From the IMG/VR virus record IMGVR_UViG_3300020003_000061, positions 1-52,812 of that record: a stretch of DNA of 52,812 nucleotides; one strand, written 5' to 3'. A program made the position numbers and the translations under genes. Source of the stretch: a virus. Taxonomy: Duplodnaviria > Caudoviricetes. This document shows, one piece after another, positions 26,408-35,971 of the stretch. The notes under the pieces were generated by a model, which worked only from the letters and a program-made list of their open reading frames with translations, did no database searches and was not told the origin of the DNA. How positions within the stretch are numbered: the first letter of the stretch is position 1; the number at the start of each line of letters is the position of its first letter.

Positions 26408-27280
26408 TCACTCGTAGAGAATGGCCGGGGCGATAAGTGTACCGCCCGACAAACCTGTCATTCCAGTATCTTGGAGCACGACGTAAGTGTGCGATCCGCC
26501 AAGAACCGTGACAGTGAGGAAGGTTCCGACTGGATTACTCGCTGCGATGCACGCTATCATGTTCAAACCCATCTCAGCTGGCCCCATACAGTAAAGCAGT
26601 GGCCAAACCGCAGACTTGCTGTCGAAAACCATATGCGCTGAAGTTGTTCCCATCGAAGGAAACTGCAGAGCATTAGTAATATGAGGATGCGATGACGCAG
26701 CAAGATGCCCTTGATTCCTCATGGAGGAACCATTCTTACTTGCGTACAAGAAGCCGGTAGTCTGGTTCGCTCCCGCTCCATTCTTTCTTCGCTCGATGCA
26801 GAACGTCCAGACGTTTGTGTTTAGCCAAGACGTGCCGCTCGCTGCCAGAGCGATGGAGAAGCGATCAGAGGCTCCTGACGCATAATGCGTCATGATGTTT
26901 ACATTGACGGCACCTGGACCAAGGAACGTCGCGCCAGAGTCGTAAAGCTCTCCAGTGATAGTACCTGCTCCGTCATGGCCGGTTCCAAATCTTATCCGCA
27001 CTCCTGGAGTTGCTGCGGCTGCACCTGAGCCAAACTCTAACTTGAGGAAGAACGGAGCCGTCGCTTGCGCAGCGTCGTCCATGCGAAAGATCTTGGTAAC
27101 TCGCGCTTGATTTGCTGCGTTTGGAGCAGTTACGTCGGTCCAGTCTGTGCCTGTCCCAAACAACGAGAAGACCTGGACCCACCCGAAGGCGACGAAGCGG
27201 TCACTGAACCACGAGCCCCAACCACGGAACTCTGCATCCGAGTTGTTGCGAAAGATTGTCGCTGTAGTTGCAGTAGCCAT
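26408..27280 (-). CDS. Tail/appendage structural protein
   Basis: Gly/Thr/Ala-rich; FRMDD..Q.TAP.F.KLE.G pattern seen in phage tail proteins. Confidence 0.65.
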   Translation of the reverse strand: MATATTATIFRNNSDAEFRGWGSWFSDRFVAFGWVQVFSLFGTGTDWTDVTAPNAANQARVTKIFRMDDAAQATAPFFLKLEFGSGAAAATPGVRIRFGTGHDGAGTITGELYDSGATFLGPGAVNVNIMTHYASGASDRFSIALAASGTSWLNTNVWTFCIERRKNGAGANQTTGFLYASKNGSSMRNQGHLAASSHPHITNALQFPSMGTTSAHMVFDSKSAVWPLLYCMGPAEMGLNMIACIAASNPVGTFLTVTVLGGSHTYVVLQDTGMTGLSGGTLIAPAILYE

Positions 27281-27871
27281 TTACAGCTCCGTAATGACGC
27301 GAGTAAACGTCGCCTGAACTGTTGCTGGAGCGCCGCTCATGTTCTCGATTGCGTAGTAGATAGTGCTTGTCACTGGCCCATCGTGGTTCTCGCCAGGTAT
27401 CCGTGGCTCGCAGATGATCGTCAGTCCACTTAAGGCTGTGAACACGAGATCAGCGATTACGCCAGCGGCAGTCTCTGGATCAACTCCAATCACACGAGCA
27501 GCATCAAATGTCCTCGCTGCTGCAGTCTGATACAACCTCACACGACAGTGCCTGTCTACTACAACTTTGTACAGCTCAAACGATTTCCCGAGAGCTATCG
27601 TTCCATCCTCGGTTGTGAGATCATTCAACGAAGCTGTTGTAACTACGATATTTGTCCGTGCCGCTAGATCGGATTTAGCGGCTAAAAGTAAGTCAACTTC
27701 CGTTTTCGTGTAGCCGTTCAGGTTCGTGAGAAGAGCTATACCGTCTGCGTCAGGACTGACTCCTGAGTTGGCTAGTAGCTGACGGAGCGGACGATTCACC
27801 ACATCCGGACGTGTCGGATGATCCTTGCCTGTGGCACGCTCGGTGAACTCAATCCATTCAATCAATGCCAT
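27281..27871 (-). CDS. Tail fibre-associated protein
   Basis: YTKTEVD.LL..K fibre motif, then VRLY.TAAAR..D..R...DP....GVIAD. Confidence 0.7.
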   Translation of the reverse strand: MALIEWIEFTERATGKDHPTRPDVVNRPLRQLLANSGVSPDADGIALLTNLNGYTKTEVDLLLAAKSDLAARTNIVVTTASLNDLTTEDGTIALGKSFELYKVVVDRHCRVRLYQTAAARTFDAARVIGVDPETAAGVIADLVFTALSGLTIICEPRIPGENHDGPVTSTIYYAIENMSGAPATVQATFTRVITEL

Positions 27872-28344
27872 TACGGTATCGCCCCAAATGTACGAGTGCC
27901 GTTGAAGAAAACCTCACCATCGAAAATCCAGCCTTCAAAAAGCGAGCAACATGCTTCGATCGTGAGCAGTTCATCGTTGCTCGGACAAGACTCGTGTGTC
28001 CCTACTGCCTCCTCTGGATCTTCCAGATCTTTCGTCAAATCTGGAGGATCGAGCATGTCTACCAGTACTGCGCCGTAAGCACCATCCTGCGTGATGGTGA
28101 CGAGGAAACCGTAATCGTTTCCTACAAACCCAGCGAGTGGTGCGAAACTAACAGCACCAGCAGACCATATACGATTCTCGAACTGTACCTGTTCCTCTCC
28201 CGGTTCGTATATGCCTTGCGCTCCGTCGCCGTAAGACAGTTCGTGTACGACTGGAAGAGGTGCAGCGTCAGCTGACTGGTTCGTGTTACTACCGAACGGC
28301 AACCAGCCAGACGCAGGAATCACGGGAACCTCGTTAATGCCCAC
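27871..28344 (-). CDS. Tail-associated protein
   Basis: Acidic; C-terminal FDGEVFFNGTRTFG motif. Confidence 0.55.
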   Translation of the reverse strand: MGINEVPVIPASGWLPFGSNTNQSADAAPLPVVHELSYGDGAQGIYEPGEEQVQFENRIWSAGAVSFAPLAGFVGNDYGFLVTITQDGAYGAVLVDMLDPPDLTKDLEDPEEAVGTHESCPSNDELLTIEACCSLFEGWIFDGEVFFNGTRTFGAIP

Positions 28345-29357
28345 CTGAATGTTAAGGTGAGCCGCTTGGTGTTCGTTTTCGGCAGCTTCGTTGTATGAAA
28401 CACAACCTGGAACATTCTAATGTTGTTCTGGAAACCATTCCAGCCAACAGTCGTGCCACCAAAGCCGGTTGCGAAGTTCGCAGATCCAGGCTCCCAAACT
28501 GCTGTTCCGTCACGGAAAAAGGTACCGTTTGTGTACGCAGCCATCGAAACAGAATCTGGAGTAGCATCTGCACCTGCTGATCCAAAGTCATCTGTCGTCG
28601 CCACTAACACGTTGGATTCTTTTCCTTCTGGCGGTCCAACGCCACCACTGCCCAGCCAGGAACTGCCTGCGCCAGCCTCGATATGACCACTGATGCCTCC
28701 CCAAGTAGCAGCTCCATCTACATTGTTCGGGCGCACTGTATAATCGTACACCGTACCGCTGATGTTCTTAGTGCTTACTAAGTCAGCGGACGGAAAGTAG
28801 AGCCGATACTCGTATGTGATTCTGAGCTGATCTGCGCTCGTCTTAACGATGGTAGTTGGAGTGCCACCTCCATCCTTGAACAACTGACGGGTCCACATGG
28901 TTCCGCCAGTGTTCGCGGTAAAGAGCCCAAACTCGGTTAAGTTACCGTTTGCCTGCGTCTCAGTAAACAGCTTTGTGATCTTCTTGGACCAGTAAAAACT
29001 GCCACCGACGAAGGCATGTACGTCAGCAATAGCCCCATTGCTATTTGTACGGTTCGAGGAACTTGGTGAAATCTCTGCTCCAAGCGAAGTTTGTGAGACG
29101 GCCGGTGCGGTGCTATCTGTCCCACAAGCGCACCAGGTTGTCAACGTCAACATCGTGGTGCCAGCAAAGTATATGTCTAACCCTGCGTCTGTGATGAGAT
29201 TCGGAAACTCTAACCGACGTTTCACGCAGCCAGTCGCAGCGTCAAGCAGCTCGACCACGAACCAGCCTTTCACACGCAGACCGAATGTGATTTCTGGAAC
29301 TTCGATCGTGCGTCCATGTCTCCAGATAGCTGGCTTGGTCCGAGGATCCCATTTCAT
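28320..29357 (-). CDS. Tail structural protein
   Basis: FPNLITDAGLD...CACGT.STAP....T.L...ANGNLTEFG...TR.L.KD..G.PTTI...DQL..TYE. Confidence 0.75.
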   Translation of the reverse strand: MKWDPRTKPAIWRHGRTIEVPEITFGLRVKGWFVVELLDAATGCVKRRLEFPNLITDAGLDIYFAGTTMLTLTTWCACGTDSTAPAVSQTSLGAEISPSSSNRTNSNGAIADVHAFVGGSFYWSKKITKLFTETQANGNLTEFGLFTANTGGTMWTRQLFKDGGGTPTTIVKTSADQLRITYEYRLYFPSADLVSTKNISGTVYDYTVRPNNVDGAATWGGISGHIEAGAGSSWLGSGGVGPPEGKESNVLVATTDDFGSAGADATPDSVSMAAYTNGTFFRDGTAVWEPGSANFATGFGGTTVGWNGFQNNIRMFQVVFHTTKLPKTNTKRLTLTFRWALTRFP

Positions 29358-29977
29358 ACTGTAACTAGGCTCCCACTCTGGAGATCGAGTGCAATGTCAG
29401 CTTCGTCAATATCGAACAAGGTGTGTTCGATGACGACTGCGATGAGCGTACCGGCGTCGAGATCCAGCGCAATGTCAGCCTCGTCTATGTCGAACATCGT
29501 GTGTTCAAGCACCACGATGATCAGGGTTCCAGCATTCAAATCGAGCACAATGTCTGCTTCATCCACGTCAAACATTGTATGCTCGATCACAACTACCAAC
29601 AACGTACCAGCGTTCAGATCAAGCGCTATATCAGCTTCATCAATATCGAACGCCACGTAGTCAATGACAGGCTCAGACAGAATCCCGGATACTATGTCGA
29701 GTACAAGATCAACCTCATCGGGTGGCGCAACGTATGGATAGAGCGTTGACTCCAGCCGACCCAACAAGTACTGACCTGTACTAGGAGTCCTGATACTGTA
29801 TATTGCAACCAGTCGATTGTCCTTCGCCTTGAAAACTTCCTCAAGGTAATGGTTGACTGGATCGGTAACTGGCGTTCTATGTTCAGTCGCATACCGCTCA
29901 CGTTGTACTCGGTAAACTAGTCCAGGTCGAACAATGGCGACCGTTATCGGTAACGCTGAATCGTTCTCGATCGCCAT
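29354..29977 (-). CDS. Tail protein: C-terminal half of a split gene plus acidic 26-aa repeats
   Basis: GLVYRVQRERYATE motif near the N-terminus; four FD(I/V)DEADI(A/V)LDL.AGTL repeats. Confidence 0.7.
   Translation of the reverse strand: MAIENDSALPITVAIVRPGLVYRVQRERYATEHRTPVTDPVNHYLEEVFKAKDNRLVAIYSIRTPSTGQYLLGRLESTLYPYVAPPDEVDLVLDIVSGILSEPVIDYVAFDIDEADIALDLNAGTLLVVVIEHTMFDVDEADIVLDLNAGTLIIVVLEHTMFDIDEADIALDLDAGTLIAVVIEHTLFDIDEADIALDLQSGSLVTV
29357..29660 (-). repeat. 78-bp (26-codon) tandem repeat, four copies
   Basis: Repeating FDIDEADIALDLxAGTLxxVVxEHTM unit. Confidence 0.9.
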
Positions 29978-30762
29978 TACGGGTTCCCTATACGAACATG
30001 CTTCTGCCTTATAAACGTCAGCGCAGTATCAGCTTCACTAGTCATCCCGACGGCTACGAGCAGCTCACCGCCTCCTACACCTATCGGAAGCGCAGAGTCT
30101 GTTTCTGACGCAAAACCGAGATTGACACGCTTCTGACTGCTAAACGCAAAGGCTGTGTCAGTCTCACTTGCTATTCCAGTTGGAGTACCACCAGTTCCAA
30201 CCGTTATATCAAATGCTGAGTCAGCTTCAGACGCCTGCCCTACTGTTTTTTCCTTTCGTACTGTGAGCGCCTGCGCTGAGTCCGTCTCGAGCGCGAGGCC
30301 AAATGCTGTTGACTTCGACTTTCCGGCTGCTTGTGCCGAATCTGTTTCACTCGCGAGTCCAACGGCCACTTGCTTTCTAACCGCGAACGCCAGTGCTGTG
30401 TCAGTTTCACTTGACTGACCAACAGCTCTCGGTTCTTGCGCCGAGATTGATTGTGCTGTGTCGCTCTCCGATGCTTGTCCAATCGCCTTGAACTTCTGAC
30501 TCGTTAGTCCTTGTGCTGAGTCGTTTTCTTCTGCGATACCGATTTCAACAAACAGAACGTTCGGTGGTGTTTCTTCAGCTCCAAGTTGAAGTGGCGCATC
30601 AATCGCCGCGATTAACTCATCTATCGGTGCGACCTGCGTCATTCCACCGAGCGGCGTCATACCATGATGTATGAAACCTGCCGTATTGATGTTACTGCCG
30701 ATCGCTCCAGCCCCTACAAGCTGGAGACAATAAGTGTTAGCAGCAGTCCGGTATACGCTCAC
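29977..30762 (-). CDS. Repeat-rich fibre-like protein
   Basis: About nine GxAxE(T/S/A/N)D(S/T)A repeats at roughly 20-aa spacing. Confidence 0.75.
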   Translation of the reverse strand: MSVYRTAANTYCLQLVGAGAIGSNINTAGFIHHGMTPLGGMTQVAPIDELIAAIDAPLQLGAEETPPNVLFVEIGIAEENDSAQGLTSQKFKAIGQASESDTAQSISAQEPRAVGQSSETDTALAFAVRKQVAVGLASETDSAQAAGKSKSTAFGLALETDSAQALTVRKEKTVGQASEADSAFDITVGTGGTPTGIASETDTAFAFSSQKRVNLGFASETDSALPIGVGGGELLVAVGMTSEADTALTFIRQKHVRIGNP

Positions 30763-31235
30763 AGTTCTTCAACCACGCACCCAAATTGAGATGCGGCGAA
30801 GATGACTGCCGCCATGTTGACAAATGCCAGTCCTGTTCCAGCTGGTATCTCGATGCCTCGTGGAATTGGTAAGACGAGGCCTGATCCCTGCACTGCTGCG
30901 AATACCCACTGAGGATACAGTTCTCCTGCCGCAAGTGACGGCTGTGCAGAGAACGGACCAAGACCGAGAAGGAAGCCAGAGTCCGGTGCTGCCTCACGTC
31001 TGGCGTGGTGTTCAGCCGTCGGTGTGATGTTCGAGGCAGAGGTGCCTTGCGTTGTCATGCGCCGCGTCACGAAGCCTGCACCAGCGGCCGGAGCCGCAGC
31101 TTGGAATACAAACGACATCTCCAGAAGCTGAATCCTTCTGGTAGCTGACGGATTCCAGATGGTGACGATAGCATGATCAATCGTGCCTACCGAAGCACCA
31201 GGATTCGCGTTGACGTAATACTCGCCCTTTGCCAT
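30759..31235 (-). CDS. Putative structural beta-sandwich protein
   Basis: ATG31235 just after the upstream stop; WNPS..RRI, GIEIPAGTGL. Confidence 0.65.
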   Translation of the reverse strand: MAKGEYYVNANPGASVGTIDHAIVTIWNPSATRRIQLLEMSFVFQAAAPAAGAGFVTRRMTTQGTSASNITPTAEHHARREAAPDSGFLLGLGPFSAQPSLAAGELYPQWVFAAVQGSGLVLPIPRGIEIPAGTGLAFVNMAAVIFAASQFGCVVEEL

Positions 31236-31236
31236 G

Positions 31237-31716
31237 TTAAGCCGCCCTGAAGAAGCCAGCTGCGTTGACGACCGCAACGATGTCGCTGCCATCTGGTGTC
31301 ACAGCGAAGTCATGCATCGTCAGAGGGAGAATATCGGTATCTGCTCCTGCGCCTGTGTTGGCGTCATAGCAGATCAATAACATACCCCAGGCACCACCAG
31401 CCGCCTGCACTGCACTCCAAGTCTGATCTGGAATGTCAACGTCATAGCGGTTGTTGGTATCATCTGGCGCAGGTAGTGCAGCAAGCTCCGCGTCCGTCAG
31501 TACCTTGCGTGCGTAGCCGCTGTTGGTGGCTTCGTTGTTTGCCGCAGCCAGAATCGCATCCAGATTGTCGTAATCCTGAAGCGTCGCGTGAGATTCCAGG
31601 CCAGTCGCTTGAAGGATGACGACGATGAACGCGCTGGGGGCTGGGTCGTTGCTTTTGACCCTGTTGTAGAGTTCAACTGTGCGGCCCTTGGCGATGTTGA
31701 AAACCGAGTCTGCCAT
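31237..31716 (-). CDS. Conserved phage structural protein
   Basis: MAD.VFNIAKGR...NEATN.GYARK.L...D.PDQTW...HDF.VTPDGSDI; GGAG RBS. Confidence 0.8.
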   Translation of the reverse strand: MADSVFNIAKGRTVELYNRVKSNDPAPSAFIVVILQATGLESHATLQDYDNLDAILAAANNEATNSGYARKVLTDAELAALPAPDDTNNRYDVDIPDQTWSAVQAAGGAWGMLLICYDANTGAGADTDILPLTMHDFAVTPDGSDIVAVVNAAGFFRAA

Positions 31717-31726
31717 CTTGTGCTCC

Positions 31727-32395
31727 TCAGATATCTGAAAAGTAGAATACCATTACATCAGAATCCGATGGATCATTCGGATTGTCCAGCAAACATCTCG
31801 GATTCCTACCCTCGCCAAAGTTCTGGAGGATGAAGTCGCCTAGAATCGGGTCGAACCAGTACAGCCAGATGCTATTGGCAATTTCGAGCGCGACAACCGC
31901 ACGCCCAGCCTGTTCAAACGCCAGATCCATTTCTGAAACAAAGCCAACGTAGCCGAACAGTACAACTTCAGCTTCCCACTCCGTGTTAGCGTCGTTGGCT
32001 CGAGAAACTAACAGCTGTCCAGTCCCAAGAACGGTATCGTTTATTGCTCTGGCACGCCAGACGCGGTTGTTTGATCCTTGAGAAGCGTCGCCAAGCGACA
32101 CCGGACCAATGCTGAAGGACGTGAGATAATCAAAAGAGATTGCATCTGGCCTCTTCTGAAGCGACGCTCCTTCCGACAAGACGCGAGTGGCAGTATCGAA
32201 ATCTGCCAGAAACTCACGGATTTCTTGCGTTATTGCAGGAGGTGGAACATCCTCCTCCGGTACATCGAAAATGTCTTCCTCATTCAGTACACCAGGAATG
32301 GGCTCGTTACCGACTGTTTCTCCGCCTTCCACAACGAAGGTAGGAGTAGCCGCTACAGGTTCAGCGGTAACAGCGAGTCCACATCCATCAGACAT
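31727..32395 (-). CDS. Tail protein: N-terminal half of a split gene
   Basis: GPVSLGD.SQG...RVW.A, EMDLAFEQ..R, YWFD, PRC.LD, SDV..FY then stop. Confidence 0.7.
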   Translation of the reverse strand: MSDGCGLAVTAEPVAATPTFVVEGGETVGNEPIPGVLNEEDIFDVPEEDVPPPAITQEIREFLADFDTATRVLSEGASLQKRPDAISFDYLTSFSIGPVSLGDASQGSNNRVWRARAINDTVLGTGQLLVSRANDANTEWEAEVVLFGYVGFVSEMDLAFEQAGRAVVALEIANSIWLYWFDPILGDFILQNFGEGRNPRCLLDNPNDPSDSDVMVFYFSDI

Positions 32396-33041
32396 CGTAC
32401 TCTCGGACGATTACTTCCAGTCCACCACGAGGAGAATCCACTTCCTCCTTCGCTTCGACCGGAACTGCGCTGTTGATGAGCGCGATCTGGTGTTGATTTG
32501 CTGCTCTCGCACGCTGATAGTCACCAAACGAGATGAATGCACGCCAGATTGCACCGAGCAAGATGATCTCATGCCAAGACTGTGGAATGGCAGGAGTATC
32601 GTTTGTTATAGACAAGTCAGCGAGAACCGTCCAGTACTTCTCGGTGATCTCGTATATGGCGTCTGGCGTTGGCAGCAGTCGGGCGGCGCAGCCCTCACGA
32701 ACGTAGTGAGTTGGGAAGCCTTCTGCAGCTTCATTCGTGTCGTAAGTACGTTCGTACACATCGATCGTGGTTCGATCAATTGTCTTGTGTACAAGCGTTG
32801 CAGGTTCGAGAATCGAAAGCTTGCGAAGTGCCTCGAATGGCTCCGGCATGTTGTAGAGCCGCGTCCCGATGATCGTGTTGAAGGTAACAGTTACTTCCTT
32901 CTCACGGAACGGAAACTTGTCGAGAACTTCCCAGTACGAACGATTCAGAAGCCGATCTACCTTCTCGTCTGACAGATCGTCTATGTCAGTTCCGGTAGCG
33001 TCACGGAGATCGTCACGTAACTGCTGGAGATCGAGGCCCAT
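32388..33041 (-). CDS. Head-tail adaptor / tail tubular protein A-like
   Basis: LN......FPF.E, G.R.Y.MP, G.PT.Y, L.PTPDA.Y.I..KY, P..WH..I..GA. Confidence 0.75.
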   Translation of the reverse strand: MGLDLQQLRDDLRDATGTDIDDLSDEKVDRLLNRSYWEVLDKFPFREKEVTVTFNTIIGTRLYNMPEPFEALRKLSILEPATLVHKTIDRTTIDVYERTYDTNEAAEGFPTHYVREGCAARLLPTPDAIYEITEKYWTVLADLSITNDTPAIPQSWHEIILLGAIWRAFISFGDYQRARAANQHQIALINSAVPVEAKEEVDSPRGGLEVIVREYDV

Positions 33042-33355
33042 CAGTCAACCTTCCCGTTCATCGGGTAGGCGAACACACTGACGTAGGATTCACGTCCAGA
33101 CTCAGTAATTTCAGCGGAGATAACACACGGTCCCTGGAGAAACAGGCGATTGTCCTCCAGAGGAATCTCCGCTACACTTGGAACGGTAGCCTCCCCGCTT
33201 CCTGCTTGAACCTTTCTGAAGATCGTCAACGAGATTCGAGAGCCAACCCGATTCTCGGTTTCGATTCTCCAATTACCAGGCCCAAGCGGGACGCGGGGAA
33301 ACGGCTTACCGCGAGTAAAAGCTGGCCTTGCGCCTACGATAAGGCTCTGCCGCAT
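33041..33355 (-). CDS. Hypothetical protein
   Basis: GAGG RBS before ATG33355. Confidence 0.55.
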   Translation of the reverse strand: MRQSLIVGARPAFTRGKPFPRVPLGPGNWRIETENRVGSRISLTIFRKVQAGSGEATVPSVAEIPLEDNRLFLQGPCVISAEITESGRESYVSVFAYPMNGKVD

Positions 33356-33371
33356 ATGAACCTCGAAGGTG

Positions 33372-33863
33372 TTAACTGAGCGCGACGAAGACCTTGACCG
33401 GGTCTCCACCTGCTGCGCTCGCGCTGAGTGCGATGCCGGCGTTCTTGGTAGCCACGGCAGTGTCGAGAAGCCGTCCCGCCGTCGTGGTATCGTAGCTGAG
33501 AATATCGCCGATCGCCACCGTGGCAGTCTGCGCGATACCCCATGCGATACCTGAGTAACAAACGAGAACCTGCTCACCGATTGCAGCGGCCGCCTTGCCC
33601 ACCGCATCGGACTCGGTGAGAGCCCTCATGTGTGTCTTGGTGCCGCCCACTACGATGCCGCAGCGAGTGATGTGCAGGCCCGTTGTGCCTGTCTTGGTCA
33701 CCTCGCCAGCAACCGTGTGAACGATGACCGCATCACCGATGTTGAGCGCCACCGTTGCCTTGGCAACGAAGCACAGACCACCTTCGACTCCGTTGGCGAG
33801 ATCAGTCGCCTGACCTCCACCAGCAACGTAGCCTGTGTGATTCGGTCCAGCTTCCCTCGTCAT
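33372..33863 (-). CDS. Capsid cement/decoration protein (DUF2190-like)
   Basis: Ala/Gly/Thr-rich; A..GE.V.V...G, GIAL.ASAAGGD; GGAGG RBS right after the capsid gene. Confidence 0.65.
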   Translation of the reverse strand: MTREAGPNHTGYVAGGGQATDLANGVEGGLCFVAKATVALNIGDAVIVHTVAGEVTKTGTTGLHITRCGIVVGGTKTHMRALTESDAVGKAAAAIGEQVLVCYSGIAWGIAQTATVAIGDILSYDTTTAGRLLDTAVATKNAGIALSASAAGGDPVKVFVALS

Positions 33864-33893
33864 ATTACCTCCTAGCTAAGAGTGGAGGTTGGA

Positions 33894-34805
33894 TTACGAG
33901 GGATTCACGCCGACCCAACCCCGCCAGTCCACGATCCAGATCAAGAACCTGGTGGTGGCCTTGTACAGAGCCGCGTCGGTGTTGAAGTCGAAGTCGTCAT
34001 CGAACTCGATGGCCCGACGAGTGACGTAGTGCGCGTCGTTGTACCGAGAGTCGATGAAGAAGTACGACTTCAGGGAGGTCTTGAAGTGCGAGACCTCGAC
34101 GGTCACCTTCATGTTCGACTTGATCGCGTTGTCCTGGTTGTCGGTCGTGAACGGTTCCTTGGCCGAGTTGAAGATCTGCCAGGCGCGATTGATGTCTGCC
34201 GAACTGTTCCCGAGAACGAGGGTGTCGGGCCACATCTTGACCGGATCACCGTTCTCGTCCTTCATCAGACGGAAGAGGTCCTGCACTGCGGTAACGCCAG
34301 TGATGGACATTCCCACCGGAGTCGCGGCGATGTTCGCCACGGTGAGTCCGCTGTTGCCGATGAGGGTGTGTGCCGCGTGGCCCGGTGCCAGACCGTCGAT
34401 GGTCTTGAACGTCGAGCCAGTGAAGAAGTCGTCCAAGAAAGCCGCTGCCCGATACTCTGAGGTCATGCGGCCGGCGTGGGCGAGCCACTTCGAGGCCTGG
34501 TTGGCCTTGCCGTACTGGTCGTCCTCTACCGTGCGCCGGGTGATCATGAAGCCGAGCGCGAACTCCTTGTCCACCCCCATCACCTTCGGACCGATGATCG
34601 CATCCTCGTAGGTGATCGGCTCGCCATCACCACGCTCCAGCAGCCTAGAAGGCCCTGTCATGATGGTGGCTGACTGCTCCGGCATGGTGGTCGTCTCGAC
34701 CTTCAGGAACACCGGATACTCCGGCGCGTAACGGTCGAACTCGTCACGGAAGTCCGAGCGAAGACCAGGGCGAAACAGTAGATTGAATGCGCCTTGGGTG
34801 ACCAC
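33894..34805 (-). CDS. Major capsid protein (HK97 fold, Mu gpT-like)
   Basis: L.PGL, GE.I.Y, FALGF.ITR..VEDDQY, DG......H, DFNT....YKA..RF.....DWRG; strong codon bias. Confidence 0.88.
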   Translation of the reverse strand: MVTQGAFNLLFRPGLRSDFRDEFDRYAPEYPVFLKVETTTMPEQSATIMTGPSRLLERGDGEPITYEDAIIGPKVMGVDKEFALGFMITRRTVEDDQYGKANQASKWLAHAGRMTSEYRAAAFLDDFFTGSTFKTIDGLAPGHAAHTLIGNSGLTVANIAATPVGMSITGVTAVQDLFRLMKDENGDPVKMWPDTLVLGNSSADINRAWQIFNSAKEPFTTDNQDNAIKSNMKVTVEVSHFKTSLKSYFFIDSRYNDAHYVTRRAIEFDDDFDFNTDAALYKATTRFLIWIVDWRGWVGVNPS

Positions 34806-34838
34806 GTTGGTTGTCTCCTGACTGCGTGTTTGCCTGAT

Positions 34839-34853
34839 CTTTAGCGACTAAAG
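34839..34853. promoter_or_regulatory. Dispersed palindrome CTTTAG-N3-CTAAAG
   Basis: CTTTAG CGA CTAAAG in the intergenic gap upstream of the capsid gene. Confidence 0.75.
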
Positions 34854-34859
34854 ACCAGA

Positions 34860-35348
34860 TTACGGAAGCTCGATCCTCGACTCCATGAACTTCACGAAGA
34901 AGAGCTTGTTGTCGATGTCGATGTCCACGATCTCGAAGATCGTCGCGGTGACTTCCGCCTGATCCAGCACCCAATCGTCACCGACCTTGGCAACGCCGTA
35001 CTGCTCGTTGATCATGGTCTGAGTCGGGGTGAGTGGATCGGTGCCGCCGTTGATGCCACGGCACGAGAACACGGTGTGACGATCCGCAACTGCCATCGAG
35101 ACTTCCTGCACTCGACCAGTGACGACGGTCGGGGAGTTGGCTGCGTCGAAACCAGGCTTGGAAGCCGCAGCTTCGAGCGAGACACCAGCCACAGTGGCCG
35201 GATCAGCTCCGCACTCCGACACTGTGCCGGCTGCGACGTACGTGAGTAGTGCGCCCTTCTTGAATACCTGGCCCGTGGTGTATTGCACCGAGAGAACGCT
35301 CGGAACTCCAGTTCCGATGTTCCGTGCGGGCTGAATCTTGCGACCCAT
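34860..35348 (-). CDS. Capsid-associated/decoration protein
   Basis: Beta-rich 162 aa protein upstream of the capsid gene; strong codon bias. Confidence 0.65.
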   Translation of the reverse strand: MGRKIQPARNIGTGVPSVLSVQYTTGQVFKKGALLTYVAAGTVSECGADPATVAGVSLEAAASKPGFDAANSPTVVTGRVQEVSMAVADRHTVFSCRGINGGTDPLTPTQTMINEQYGVAKVGDDWVLDQAEVTATIFEIVDIDIDNKLFFVKFMESRIELP

Positions 35349-35380
35349 GAGGTTTATCTCCCTAGATGGAAGACGTTAGA

Positions 35381-35971
35381 CTACCTGATGACGCGCGATG
35401 CTGCCTTGGCCGCTGCCTCTTGGTTCTGGAGGTTGATGGTACGCACAGCGCTTTCCAAGTCAGCTTTCCTTGCGATCTTCGACGCCGATTCCTCGATAGT
35501 CGGCATTCCGATGGTACGGCTCTGCGCTACGAATTCTTTCTCCTCGCCTTGGAGACGAGCCGTCTGACCAGGCTTGCCGTTGGCAGCTTCGAAGTTCTCT
35601 CGCCTAATTTCTTCCAGAAGATTGTGGTCCTCGACATCCTGAATCATGAACACGCAGTCGCCTACGATGGACATGTTATCACCCTGGTCGTGCAGGGCGC
35701 GCTTAGTGGCGTACTCCTTGTCAACAGTGAATCCGATGAGCTGCTTCTCGTAGATCGACTGCTTGTCGTTGGGAACCCACTCACCCCACAGCGTGGGAGG
35801 CAGGTCCACCTGCAACCGATCTGCGATCATACCCCGTTCGAGTACACGGCTGAAACGAGCCTTCCGTTCCGCTCGCAGCCTCTTGTACTCGTCAGGGTCC
35901 TTCGACATGGCTTCCGAGAGCGAGATCTCCCTGCCCGTTTGCAGGTCTGTTACGACTCTCTGTTCGCTCAT
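35381..35971 (-). CDS. Head-module hypothetical protein
   Basis: GGAGG RBS; lies between scaffold and capsid. Confidence 0.7.
   Translation of the reverse strand: MSEQRVVTDLQTGREISLSEAMSKDPDEYKRLRAERKARFSRVLERGMIADRLQVDLPPTLWGEWVPNDKQSIYEKQLIGFTVDKEYATKRALHDQGDNMSIVGDCVFMIQDVEDHNLLEEIRRENFEAANGKPGQTARLQGEEKEFVAQSRTIGMPTIEESASKIARKADLESAVRTINLQNQEAAAKAASRVIR

Noticed and set aside
29970-29995. Canonical programmed -1 frameshift
   Set aside because: ATA GGG AAC CCG TAA has no X XXY YYZ heptamer; TAATG coupling explains the junction.
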